A stretch of DNA of 64,000 nt from positions 38,274 to 102,273 of IMG/VR virus record IMGVR_UViG_3300010371_000001. One strand, written 5' to 3'. A program made the translations under genes and the position numbers. The DNA is from a virus. The notes under the pieces are model-generated. The model was not told where the DNA came from and did no database searches. It saw only the letters and a program-made list of their open reading frames with translations. Shown piece after piece: positions 40,405 to 50,238 of the stretch. Each line of letters starts with the position of its first letter. The first letter of the stretch is position 1.

Positions 40405-43400
40405 GCGTTCCCCTCACTCTCTTGCCGTTCACTGTCTCCTGTGCCACCCGGCAAATAGAACCCCACCTGCTCAACGCATTCATCGTTCGTCTGGCAATCC
40501 AGCGCCGCCTTGATGGCAGGGGCGATGACGCCCATCATCTCATCGATGGTCTCGCCATACACATCGTCATGCTCGCCTAGCATCGCCCGCGCGGTGCCTA
40601 CGCCTTCCGTGATGGCGATGGCCTGTGCCAGCGCATCCACCAGGGCCAGGAGCCGTTGCGCCGATGCGTCGCCGTTCTCTGCGTCGCGCTGGACGCGCTT
40701 GCGGTCTACCGAATTCATTACTCACCTTCCCTCAAATTGGGTAGCACCCAATCGTCCAAATATTCCTGGCTCAGCACCAGGACGCCGCCGCATTCCGTGC
40801 ATCGCCCGTCGCGCTCCTCATAGATGTGTCGCCACGTCTGGCACGTGGCACACCACCAGGGATAGAGGACGCTGATGGGCATGTCGTCAGTCGGCCACCA
40901 GCGCATCGGCTATCCCCCAGCACGCTTTCTCATGCTCGCTCCATTCGTCGTTGAATACCGTCTCGCCACAATAGGGGCACGTGTCCGCTTCGTATTCCTG
41001 CTTGCGCTCTGCTTCCACGCGCCCGAACGTGGCATACTGATCGAACTTGCGGCCACGCGCACACAGGTTGCCGGTGCGACACTGAGGACATGCGATCCAG
41101 TGGCTCACGGAATAGACTGCCGTACTCATTCGTCGCCCTCCCCATCGTCGTAGTAGTCGCCGCCCGCTGGTGCCGTTGCCCGCCGTTTCGCCCGCGCTGC
41201 CCACATCCGGCGATTCTCCCAGCGCGACACCGTGTGTGCCAGCAGGGAGAGCAGCCCCAGCACACCGACGGTGATAGTGGGCGCGCTCAGGGCGGTAGAC
41301 AGCGGATAGTGGGCAATGAGGCAACCAGCAAAGAACACCAGCCACATCACCGCTAGCAAACGTAGGATGCTACCCATGCTGCTTGCCCCTCTCTCGTTCC
41401 ACCTTGAATCGCTCGATCTTCGCCACCAGATGCCGCCCGGTGGGACACAGATCCGTTGCGCCGCGCTCTTTGCAGCCGTGCTGGCATGTGGCGAAATGAT
41501 CCACCCATGCCGCGATGGCGCGGTCCTCAGCAGGGGAGATGGCAGGATGTTGCGGATGGCTCATGATGCACCCCCTTCCTGGCTCAATTCACGGCGGCGT
41601 TCCGCCGCCGTCTCGCCACCATGCACCATCCGCACGATGCTGATCGCCTCATCAAAGCGAACAATCCCTGCATCAATGCCACGTTGCACTTTTTCCTCAG
41701 CATCGGAACGCCCCAGGTATTCCCGGCAGCATTCAATGGCCGCCTCTTTGGTCATGTCATAGTGCGTGAAGTCATCAACCACTTCACTGAATCGGGCAAA
41801 TAGCCCATTTGGTTGCTGAACAATTCTCCAAGCCACTAGGATGCGCCCCCTTCCAGCGCCGCCGCGATCAGCCCCACGCCAGCCGTACACCACTGCCCAT
41901 CACGACACTCTTTGCACGTCTGCATATGCGTCTCATCTTCCAGCCCTGTCAGCACCAGGGGAACCGGCGCACCGGGGATATCCGTCACCGCCCGCCAGTT
42001 TTTGCCGCGCCACCAGAATGCGTAGCCTAGCTTACCGGGGATGGCCTTGATGGGCGTCGGCTCGCGCAACCCTAACATCTCACCCGCCGTGCGAGGCAGC
42101 ACGAACGCATCCATGACGGTGCCGCCGGGTTGCCAATGGAACGCGCTTTCCGGCGCGATGAGGTTCTGTGGGGTCAAGAGGATGATGGTCACTTACTTAT
42201 CCCCTCCTTGCTGGCCACGCTTATCCAGCCACGTCCCCAGCAGCGAATGCAGTTCGGCGATTTCGCCGGGCTGCAAGGTCGTGATGACTTGCTCGCCGCC
42301 CTCAAATTGCCAGTGGTGATGCTTGATGATGAACCAGCCCGCATGCTCAGGATCTTCGTCAATGCTCATGAAACTGGTTTCCACACGTGGCATTGGTATG
42401 CCCTCCTTATGTTGCATCGTCGTAGCGTTCTTCCGTCGCTGACCGCTGCCAGCCGTAACGAATACAGTCACCACACCCCAGTGGATGCCCTGGCTGGCGG
42501 GCGCGGAACCAGTGCAGAATGCGGCAGAACTCGACGTACTGACTGAGTGTCATTTGATTGCCATGCGCGTCGTCGTATGCTTCCAATGCGGCAATGACAT
42601 CGACGATATCAGCCATCACTCCCCCTCGCCTTCCAGCCGCGCCCGCAGCGCTTCCCACTCGGATGCATTGTGGATGATCGTGCCGCCATCGTCGCCCTGG
42701 CGCTCCCCCATGCGGATGACGGCGATGATGCGCGTCCCCGTCTCAGCATGGATGCGCCACCACAGTTCCATCACCTCAGCCATCGGCATGCGCGGGGTTG
42801 GCGTGTTGGTTGGTTCAGCCATTACTCACCTCCCTGAGTTTTTACCGCTGTCGGTAAAAACTCAGGTTCCGGCGGTGCCTGTGGTGGCACCGCCTCCTTA
42901 TTGGCATGCGTGCGCTCATGCTCATTGGCGCATGGGGGACAGAGCATCAGGCCGCAGTCACAGCGGTACATGGCGGTAGGTTGCCAGCAGAGATCACACA
43001 TTAGCGTAAGCCTCCTGTTTGGTGAATAGGGTGCGTGGGGCAGAAATCCACCAGGCCATCCACCCATGCCGTCAGCCGCAGCCGCCAGAAGGTCGTGCGC
43101 AGATCGGGCAATGCGGTGATGAGCGATTGATACACATCCGGCATGCTGCCTTCCCAGCACTGCTCTTTGATGCGCGCGCAATACGTCCCCATGCGGTGAT
43201 CGCCCGCCAGCACCGCGCCGTGGAATGGGGCCACCATCTCGAAGGGCGTCTGTGTTTTCGCGGCCAGCCCCATCGCCAGATCCAGCGGGATCAACTCGGT
43301 TTCGCCGCGCTGCTGCAATTGCGTCCAGAGCAGCCCCATACGCACCTTGTCGCGCCAATACGCCGCGAGCGGATGGCTATCCGATGCGGGCTGTGGTGGC

Positions 43401-43555
43401 GCTGCTTCGGCCACCGGGCGCGTGATGGTCTTGGGATGGCCCTGCGGGTCGCTGTACATCCGGTGGCTGCCTGATGATGAGGACAGCGGGCCGGAGTCGA
43501 TGCGGCGTGTGGCATGCACCGGGCGGGTGTAGTTGGGATCGTCGTACAGGCTCAT
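40401..43555 (-). CDS. Run of about 12 small coupled early genes, many with Zn-finger motifs (e.g. 40401-40718, 40718-40906, 40887-41129, 41126-41377, 41370-41564, 41561-41836, 41836-42192, 42193-42393, 42407-42616, 42616-42822, 42822-43001, 43001-43555)
   Basis: Head-to-tail ORFs with ATGA/TAATG overlaps and GGAGG-type RBS encoded in the preceding C-termini. Confidence 0.55.
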
Positions 43556-44205
43556 GCGCCCTCCCACAGGCGCATTGCTGCCTGACCTGGCAAGGGCTGC
43601 CATACGCGGGCATCACGTGCCGGGAAGCCATTGAGGCGATCATGGAATGCTTCTAATGGCTTGCGCTTCGAGACGTGCAGGCGTGCATCAGTTCCAAGTG
43701 GGCGTAAAATATCTTGCGTGAACAGGTCGTATAGCCCCTTCTCGCCCGCTGGTTCAACATAGATACGCAACATGCCAACGGCATCGGTATACGCACCGAA
43801 ACCATTGGCATGCAGCACGGTCGCCAATGACCGCCCAATAGGTTGCGTATGGGGAAGCTCAACATCAATCCCGCGCAACTCTTTTTGATGCCGCAGCACG
43901 AGGTCATACACTTCGCGCAACCGGTCGCTCTTGACACGGCGCTCACCACCGCAGATAGGGCAAAGGGCTGTGGCACCATACAAGGCGTTGCCTACGCGAC
44001 TACGCACGCAGTCGCAATCACTCCAAAAGTCGGACGTGGGAATGGTGACGGTGCGCTTGCCGGTGTTGTGGCATGCATGGCATTTACCGCCAGGCAAGGC
44101 GTCTGGAACGCCTTTGCAGTCAGGGCAAATATCAGGATTGCGGCTGGCACGCACGATGGCGAGCCGTTCTAAGGGGATGATGGAGCCATCAATTTCTTCT
44201 GCCAT
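43552..44205 (-). CDS. DnaJ-type Zn-finger-containing protein, first gene of the leftward operon
   Basis: CPDCKG..CHACHNTG..CPICGG; GGGAG RBS. Confidence 0.6.
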   Translation of the reverse strand: MAEEIDGSIIPLERLAIVRASRNPDICPDCKGVPDALPGGKCHACHNTGKRTVTIPTSDFWSDCDCVRSRVGNALYGATALCPICGGERRVKSDRLREVYDLVLRHQKELRGIDVELPHTQPIGRSLATVLHANGFGAYTDAVGMLRIYVEPAGEKGLYDLFTQDILRPLGTDARLHVSKRKPLEAFHDRLNGFPARDARVWQPLPGQAAMRLWEGA

Positions 44206-44603
44206 TAGCTACTCCCAAAACTGGCCCCTTGCTGAAAATGGGTATAAAAATACCACGTACCCAGCAAGGGCAACGTGGGGAACATGGCTCGCTGGTTTCC
44301 AGCCTAGCGGTATACAATTAGCACCGCATCTGCTAAACTGGAAACGCCAGTTCCCGGACACAACGGGAAAGGGCTGCAAGTGGGCGGGGGCTACCAACAC
44401 CCGCCCCTTGCCTTCAGGGGGAATACAAAAGGATATCGCAACTCCCCTTTATGGGGATCAGGGGCCGTCAACCGGAAGCCAGACTGAAATAGACGAGATA
44501 GACATCGTTTGACGCCAACTCCTTCCATCCACCAGGGCTGGGAGAGGTCAATGTGCCTCTCAGAAACAGCGAATCGCAATTCGACGGCAAGCGCGCCGCA
44601 TGC
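44206..44603 (-). ncRNA. ~400-nt structured 5' leader of the leftward operon
   Basis: At least six consecutive hairpins between a consensus promoter and the first ATG. Confidence 0.5.
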
Positions 44604-44608
44604 CATCC

Positions 44609-44637
44609 AGTATACCGGTCGCATAACTGCCTGTCAA
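44609..44637 (-). promoter_or_regulatory. Sigma70-type promoter TTGACA-17-TATACT
   Basis: Near-perfect consensus. The -35 lies in one arm of the inverted repeat TGCCTGTCAA..TTGACAGGCA (44628-44669). Confidence 0.8.
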
Positions 44638-44671
44638 CCATATTACTGTCACAGGGTGATTGACAGGCAAT

Positions 44672-44933
44672 AGAAAAGCGCGTTGCGCCACCCAGCGCCA
44701 GACGGCGCAACGCACCAATAATGCGTGGGGCAGCAACAACGCGCATGCACGTTCTTGACACGCGAAAGTGAACCTGTCACACCATTGCGACAGGCTGCGC
44801 ATAGCCCGCTTGGCTGTGTACAACACACCCATGACGTGCTATGCTGGCCACAGCCCATTCTGGCTACCCAACCAGCGTGGGTTAGCGGGCGGTTGAGGTC
44901 GAATCTCTTCCGTCCCGCGCTCTCCTGCGACTT
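44672..44933 (-). ncRNA. Stand-alone ~260-nt structured small RNA
   Basis: It has its own promoter upstream, nested stems, and a terminal 10-bp GC hairpin followed by a U-tract. Confidence 0.55.
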
Positions 44934-44939
44934 ATCGAC

Positions 44940-44968
44940 AATCTAGCCTAAATGGCTAGATATGTCAA
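44940..44968 (-). promoter_or_regulatory. Sigma70-type promoter TTGACA-17-TAGATT with overlapping operator palindrome
   Basis: ATCTAGCC-taaat-GGCTAGAT (44941-44961) covers the spacer and -10. Confidence 0.75.
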
Positions 44969-44988
44969 TCTCCGATCAAACTGCGTTT

Positions 44989-45234
44989 CTATTGTTCATG
45001 TGCGTTACCTGTCGAATCCTCAATGATGAGATCCGTCACTTTGACATTGAACGCAGCGGCAATCTTACGCAACGTATCTATTTCTAGATTGAGATCAGTG
45101 TCTTTCCACAACTCCCTAGCGGTGTTGTAACTTATCCCCGTTGCGCGCATGAGATCGGTGGGATTTTTCATCCCACGTTCTTCTGCATATTGCTTGACTC
45201 GAAATCGAGCCATATTCTTTGCTCTCCCGTTCAT
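44989..45234 (-). CDS. Cro/C1-type HTH regulator
   Basis: TDLMRATGISYNTARELW..TLRKIAAAFNVKVTDLI. Confidence 0.85.
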   Translation of the reverse strand: MNGRAKNMARFRVKQYAEERGMKNPTDLMRATGISYNTARELWKDTDLNLEIDTLRKIAAAFNVKVTDLIIEDSTGNAHEQ

Positions 45235-45240
45235 GAAGAT

Positions 45241-45320
45241 ATCTTAACATCAGTTACCACCAATGTCAAGAGGCATCACTTTAAGATGGTATTGACAAGA
45301 GCGTAAATTCCTGTTATCAT
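45241..45320. promoter_or_regulatory. Back-to-back divergent promoters
   Basis: Leftward TTGACA-17-TAAGAT (45269-45241); rightward TTGACA-17-TATCAT (45292-45320). Confidence 0.7.
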
Positions 45321-45358
45321 GTGCATCAGACAAAACACCTAGCACATGAGCAACCGAA

Positions 45359-45562
45359 TTACCCCAGTTGATAAATGACGATGAGGCGCTTTGTGCGATA
45401 GAAATCCGACGGGTTGCGGAAATAGCGTTGCACGATATTCTGCTCCGTCTTTCCATTCCGAACACTAAGCACCTTGTAACCCTGTGCGGCCATCTTGGCC
45501 GCATCACGTTCAAACTCTTTTGTGTCTTTGTATTCCTTCGTGACGATTGGTGGAAGTGGCAT
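45359..45562 (-). CDS. Small hypothetical protein
   Basis: AGGAGG RBS; 67 aa. Confidence 0.6.
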   Translation of the reverse strand: MPLPPIVTKEYKDTKEFERDAAKMAAQGYKVLSVRNGKTEQNIVQRYFRNPSDFYRTKRLIVIYQLG

Positions 45563-45645
45563 AAGTCCCTCCTAAATGTTTGACGCACTCCTTGCCCATC
45601 GCATATACTGCCCTTAGAACAAGCTTTCCTTGGGTAGTGGTGGTG

Positions 45646-45861
45646 ATGATGGCAAGAACAAAGGGAGCTATTCGACTCATCAGCAAGGCGGCGGCGGCAA
45701 AAGAGTTTGACGTGAAATGGTATCAAGTCGATCATCTCGTGCGCAAATTCCGCCTTCAGCCGATACCTGTTTTCAGCGGGGACCACCGCACGAAGCACAT
45801 GTATCGCTATGACGATGTCGCACGCCTCATGAGAATTGCGCCCCTAAAGCGCGCCTCATGA
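45646..45861 (+). CDS. Small basic DNA-binding (Xis/MerR-like) protein
   Basis: LISKAAAAKEFDV..MYRYDDVARL; upstream TTGACG-18-TATACT. Confidence 0.5.
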   Translation: MMARTKGAIRLISKAAAAKEFDVKWYQVDHLVRKFRLQPIPVFSGDHRTKHMYRYDDVARLMRIAPLKRAS

Positions 45862-46434
45862 GGCGTTCCCAACGAGTGCCGCGATCTCATCGGTTTTACG
45901 TTGCCATCGTGGCGTATCGCGTTCCCGATTCTGATACCAGTCATAGATGACATCGGCATAGCGCACCGCTTTCTCCAATGGCGGCATGTCCGAAGCCAAG
46001 ATTTCATCAGCACGCTCTTTGTAGGGCGATTGCTGATTGATCCCTTGCCACAAAGGTGATTGGGCCGCAATGTGCAAGAGGTCGATTGCGTACTGACGAA
46101 CCTCGCGCGCCTCTTTCGTTTGTGGCGGTGGTTCTTGTCCCACAATTTGGGCGAGTTGCTTGATATCGGGAAACCCCTCCAAACGCAGCACATCTTCTAG
46201 CGGGATCTCCAATTGTCGCGCAATGGCGAGGCATTGCCCTATTAGTGGGCGTCGCTTGCCACGGCGGATCTGAGACCAGCTGGTCTCATTGATGTGCATT
46301 TGCTCTGCAAGATGCACATTGCGCGTATCTGCGTCCGGGTGTCGCGCCTGATACGCCGCAATCCAACGCCTGAATGCCGTAGTGGCGGCGGCGGGCGCAG
46401 GGGGCATCTTTGCCACATCAGTTGGCAAAGGCAT
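45856..46434 (-). CDS. XRE-family repressor (cI-like)
   Basis: LAEQMHINETSWSQIRRGKRRP..IARQLEIPLEDVL; GAAGGGAG RBS; TATAAT at 46468-46463. Confidence 0.75.
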   Translation of the reverse strand: MPLPTDVAKMPPAPAAATTAFRRWIAAYQARHPDADTRNVHLAEQMHINETSWSQIRRGKRRPLIGQCLAIARQLEIPLEDVLRLEGFPDIKQLAQIVGQEPPPQTKEAREVRQYAIDLLHIAAQSPLWQGINQQSPYKERADEILASDMPPLEKAVRYADVIYDWYQNRERDTPRWQRKTDEIAALVGNAS

Positions 46435-46472
46435 AGGCACTCCCTTCTTTAATTGACCCGACATTATATGAC

Positions 46473-46488
46473 ACAGAACATGTTCTGT
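46473..46488. promoter_or_regulatory. Operator palindrome ACAGAACATGTTCTGT
   Basis: Perfect 16-bp palindrome upstream of the repressor; a 14/16 copy lies at 60909-60924. Confidence 0.65.
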
Positions 46489-46787
46489 TCCCCATCAATG
46501 TACCACGCGCAACTAATATTCGTCTAGATAAATCCCCCGCAACAGCCGATAAATGCTAGCCTCGTTTCGCATTCTTTTCCAGATATCGACTTCTTGCCTA
46601 CGGCAAGACTAGGGAGCGCGTGATGGCATCGAGGGCCGGTATCACTATGGATGAGGATAACAGTGGATAATAAGAGTACGCTTGATTATCTCAGTATACG
46701 ACGGGGCGGGGGTGGGGGGCAAGTGGGGGGGGGATGTGGGGAATGGGGATAAAGCTTGGCTGATTTATCCCCTTTAGAACTGGTAGA

Positions 46788-48443
46788 CTACATCGGTAAC
46801 ATGGGCTGAGCAATCCACCCTAGCGTCTGAACCTTTGAAGGCGTGTCGAACGCCTTGCCGTCTAATAAGTCTTGAATCGTCCTGATTTGCAGGCGATGAT
46901 ATTCTTTGCCAAGATAGGTATATGTCCCAGCAGAAGCTGCTTCGGATATCATGCCCTTTGTTGGCTCTTGTAGACAGATGAACCCGGCCATTTCGGAATT
47001 GGGTTCCCGTTCCAAAACCCCGCGTAATTCACGCACAAATGCAGGTGTTAGTTTTCCGCCCTTGACGGATATGACCATATTTTTGAGGCTATCCCCTGTT
47101 TCAAAGTGGATGCGGCCATCCACTCCCAGATCGCCAGAATGTTTCGTGCTAGAAAATCCCCCGGCAAGCTCCACTGACCAATGCTGAAATTGCCGTGGAT
47201 CGCGGTTAAAGAGATCCTGAGCGCCTTCAACACTCAAGGGAACACCGCTAACTTCATAGTGTTCACCTTCTTGCAATCCGTAGCGACGGAAAAGGACATC
47301 ACGCACAAGCTGAACGGAGAGAATAGCGATATCGCATCCTATCCATTTGCGCCCAGACAAATGTGCGGCATAAATTGCCGTCCCGCAGCCACAAAACGGG
47401 TCAAAGACCACATCTCCCGGATTACTGCTTGCGGTGATGATGCGATCTAGGAGAGCGATAGGCTTTTGCGTAGGGTAGCCCAGTCGCTCGGAGGCCGATG
47501 CCTGAATTGGTGGGATATCATCCCATAAATTGCCAACTTTGGGAGGGGCCACCTCATTGAGATAAATCTTGCGGAGTGGGCGGCCCTTGCTATTCCAGGC
47601 TAGTTTGCCTAGTCGGTCAAACTCCTCAAGTTTCTCTCGTGTCATCATCCACCCATATTGGGGTGTGTAGCCCTTATATTCATAGATCAAGTTGGGTCGT
47701 ATCCCTAACGCCGCATTGCGCTCAATATCGTGTAATCGGTATCGCCTTCCATCCGGTTCCACGAAACGATAAAAATTCTCTACATAACGCTCATCACGCT
47801 CCTGAGTAGGGGGGTAAAATACGTAGCGATTGGTTTTGCTATAAAAGAAAATCGTATCAGTGATGTCACCTAGCCTGCGTGAAGTTGTATTATGAGCGGT
47901 CGTGCGCTTCCAAATAATCTCATTGCGGAAGTTCTGATGCCCGAACACTCCGTCCAGGATGACCTTGATATAGTGGCTAGCAGTAGAATCGCAATGAAGA
48001 TACAGGGAACCAGTTGGTTTAAGGATGCGACGCATTTCAAACAAGCGGTAAGACATGTACACCAGGTACGCAAGTAACCTTGGTTGTGTATGCCTAAGTG
48101 CATTGATCCAGGTTGCCCAAAAGGCTACCAAATCCTCATCAGCCCCGTACTCCCGAAATGACTGGGGCATATTGCGCACCATTTCTTCCTTTTCCGGGTC
48201 CATATCCCAGGCATCACAAAACGCTTCTTCCTGCTCTGGTACAGGTAGACCAGTGAGATTTTTGTAGATTAAGTTGTAGTTTCGCTGGCTATTGAATGGG
48301 GGATCGAGGTAAATGAGATCGACGGAAGCACTGGTCATTTCTCGCATAATGGTAAGGTTATCACCGTAAAATAAGTGGTTGTTTCTTATCCGCGTCTCCA
48401 CATCGAAGATGCCTGGTAGGTGTTGTGGATGCCTTTTGGTCAC
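46788..48443 (-). CDS. N6A/N4C DNA methyltransferase with C-terminal Mrr-like domain
   Basis: DLIYLDPPF, YPTQKP, DPFCGCGT (beta-class order); C-terminal D.GVDG..ISVKGG. Confidence 0.9.
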   Translation of the reverse strand: MTKRHPQHLPGIFDVETRIRNNHLFYGDNLTIMREMTSASVDLIYLDPPFNSQRNYNLIYKNLTGLPVPEQEEAFCDAWDMDPEKEEMVRNMPQSFREYGADEDLVAFWATWINALRHTQPRLLAYLVYMSYRLFEMRRILKPTGSLYLHCDSTASHYIKVILDGVFGHQNFRNEIIWKRTTAHNTTSRRLGDITDTIFFYSKTNRYVFYPPTQERDERYVENFYRFVEPDGRRYRLHDIERNAALGIRPNLIYEYKGYTPQYGWMMTREKLEEFDRLGKLAWNSKGRPLRKIYLNEVAPPKVGNLWDDIPPIQASASERLGYPTQKPIALLDRIITASSNPGDVVFDPFCGCGTAIYAAHLSGRKWIGCDIAILSVQLVRDVLFRRYGLQEGEHYEVSGVPLSVEGAQDLFNRDPRQFQHWSVELAGGFSSTKHSGDLGVDGRIHFETGDSLKNMVISVKGGKLTPAFVRELRGVLEREPNSEMAGFICLQEPTKGMISEAASAGTYTYLGKEYHRLQIRTIQDLLDGKAFDTPSKVQTLGWIAQPMLPM

Positions 48444-48645
48444 GTCGTTGCCCCTTATCTATGAGAATATAGCGAGATAACTCGCTAACTCTGCTTGTAT
48501 TCTTGTGACCATTGTACTTGCAAAGTCAACATCCGGAGTTGCGCAAGGTGCATGACGAATATGTGCGACAGCATGGCAAGGGATGAATCGATTTGCCAAT
48601 CTGCTCCCCCTGCACTATCATGTAACCGTATCAAGCATGTGAAGG

Positions 48646-49254
48646 ATGCAGCAGATGTACGACGAACCGCCTACCTCGCCCTGGCCGCGCGCCGATATCC
48701 CACCTCCCCCGCCGCCCCCTGCTCCATACACACGCCCCAACACGCTCGTAGTTGGCCTAGTCGCCAGCGTCACCGCCAATGTGATTCTCCTGGTGTGCCT
48801 GTTGGGCGTGTTTCTCCTCGCGCGAGGGGGTGCCTTTGCACCAGCCAATTCCACTGCCCGGTCTCTATCAGGGAGTGCAACTCCCACCATACACACCAGC
48901 CCCAGTGCCACATCCAGTCCCACGCTCACACCGAATTGGCTGCAAGTGGCACCAACTACCGTCCAGTTGGGTTGCAATGGTGGCCAGCAGGCCCAACTCG
49001 TGGTGTTGACGAATAGCGGCCCACAGGATGTGCAATGGCAGGTCGATTTTGTTGGCTCAGGAGATCAGTCTGGAATTAATGTCTCGCCGAATCAGGGCGA
49101 TCTCAAAGCGGGGGCAAGTACAACTATCCAGATCCAGGCCAGGAAACATGCCAGCAATCAGCAAGGGGTTATCCGATTTACCTCTACGACATCAACGGCT
49201 GGATCGACTGCCGGTTCAGCGCCAAGTCTGAGTTATAGCATTTCGGGCTGCTAA
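48646..49254 (+). CDS. Membrane-anchored protein with BACON/Ig-like domain
   Basis: Pro-rich start, TM helix, S/T linker, LTNSG..W..VSPNQGDL. Confidence 0.7.
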   Translation: MQQMYDEPPTSPWPRADIPPPPPPPAPYTRPNTLVVGLVASVTANVILLVCLLGVFLLARGGAFAPANSTARSLSGSATPTIHTSPSATSSPTLTPNWLQVAPTTVQLGCNGGQQAQLVVLTNSGPQDVQWQVDFVGSGDQSGINVSPNQGDLKAGASTTIQIQARKHASNQQGVIRFTSTTSTAGSTAGSAPSLSYSISGC

Positions 49255-49516
49255 GGTGGGTAGGTTTACCCACCCATCGTTATTTATCTGCGTGACTTAC
49301 GGCTGATACACCGGCTGTTTCTCACTGCCATGTTTACTGCATGCTCCATGACGCCGCCGGAGTGGAGGTGATGTCAAATGAAGGGGGGGGAATAGCAAGG
49401 CAGGACTTTTGATGGTGAATTGTTACCGATTCCATCTTGATCCGCTTTGAAGTTTGGGGTATAGTATGTGGACAACATGTGGAAAACATGTTCACATCTC
49501 GAAGAGGAGGACCAAC

Positions 49517-50194
49517 ATGACCCAGCTTAACGAAGCAAAGTATCGGAATATTATCCTTTATTTCATTGGGAACACGGATGCAGCACAGCTCGGCAAAGTC
49601 AAGCTCATGAAATTGTTGTATTTCCTCGACTTCGCCTATTTTGAGCGGTATCGTATTTCGATGACGGGTGATGACTATCAGCATCAGGTTATGGGGCCAG
49701 TTCCCCTGGCGGCTTCTGCGGTAATTCATCGCATGCAATCAGATGGGCAAATCACCGCTCAAAAGCGCGCTGGGCAGGATGCCCACCCGCAAACAGAATA
49801 CATTCCACGCCAAGATCCTGACCTTACGGTCTTCTCAGATGCTGAGCGTGAAATGCTGATCATCGTTGCTCGTAAGTGGTATTGGCATACAGAGCGAGAA
49901 ATCGTTGATGCGGTGCATGGCGATTTGCCCTGGCAACAAACGGCTCCTAATGCTATCATTGATTACGCTCTTGCAGTTGAACGTGAACGCGAGTTTATCC
50001 TTAGTATGGCAACCGAAGAGATAGAGGATGACCTGCTGACGCCCGAAGATCAGCAGTTGCGTGATGATGGCTTGGCATTAATGGCGCAATTTGAGGAAAT
50101 GTCCCGCACGAATCCTACGTTTCAGCAGTGGATTCAAAAAGGCCTCATAAGCCTACAATCAGGGAACTACAGAACAACGTTCCTTGATATCTGA
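49517..50194 (+). CDS. Panacea (DUF4065/SocA-like) antitoxin
   Basis: KLMKLLYFLDF..GPVP..H.D.PW signature; AGGAGG RBS; TTGATC-17-TATAGT promoter. Confidence 0.85.
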   Translation: MTQLNEAKYRNIILYFIGNTDAAQLGKVKLMKLLYFLDFAYFERYRISMTGDDYQHQVMGPVPLAASAVIHRMQSDGQITAQKRAGQDAHPQTEYIPRQDPDLTVFSDAEREMLIIVARKWYWHTEREIVDAVHGDLPWQQTAPNAIIDYALAVEREREFILSMATEEIEDDLLTPEDQQLRDDGLALMAQFEEMSRTNPTFQQWIQKGLISLQSGNYRTTFLDI

Positions 50195-50238
50195 GGCTTT
50201 TTCCTTTACACTACTCTTATCCAGAAAAGGAGTCGGGG

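Noticed and set aside
44899-44920. Minus-strand GGGACGGAAGAGATTCGAC resembles a tmRNA 5' end
   Set aside because: I found no matching T-arm/acceptor 3' end (GGTTCGA..CCA) or tag ORF on the same strand.
46473-46488. GAAC..GTTC as a LexA (Cheo) box
   Set aside because: The spacer is 2 nt rather than the 4 nt of GAAC-N4-GTTC; treated as a phage operator instead.
48425-48440. Partial match (CATCCACA) of the TnpB guide to the start of the other methyltransferase
   Set aside because: Only 8 nt match, with wrong register to the GG; compatible with chance.
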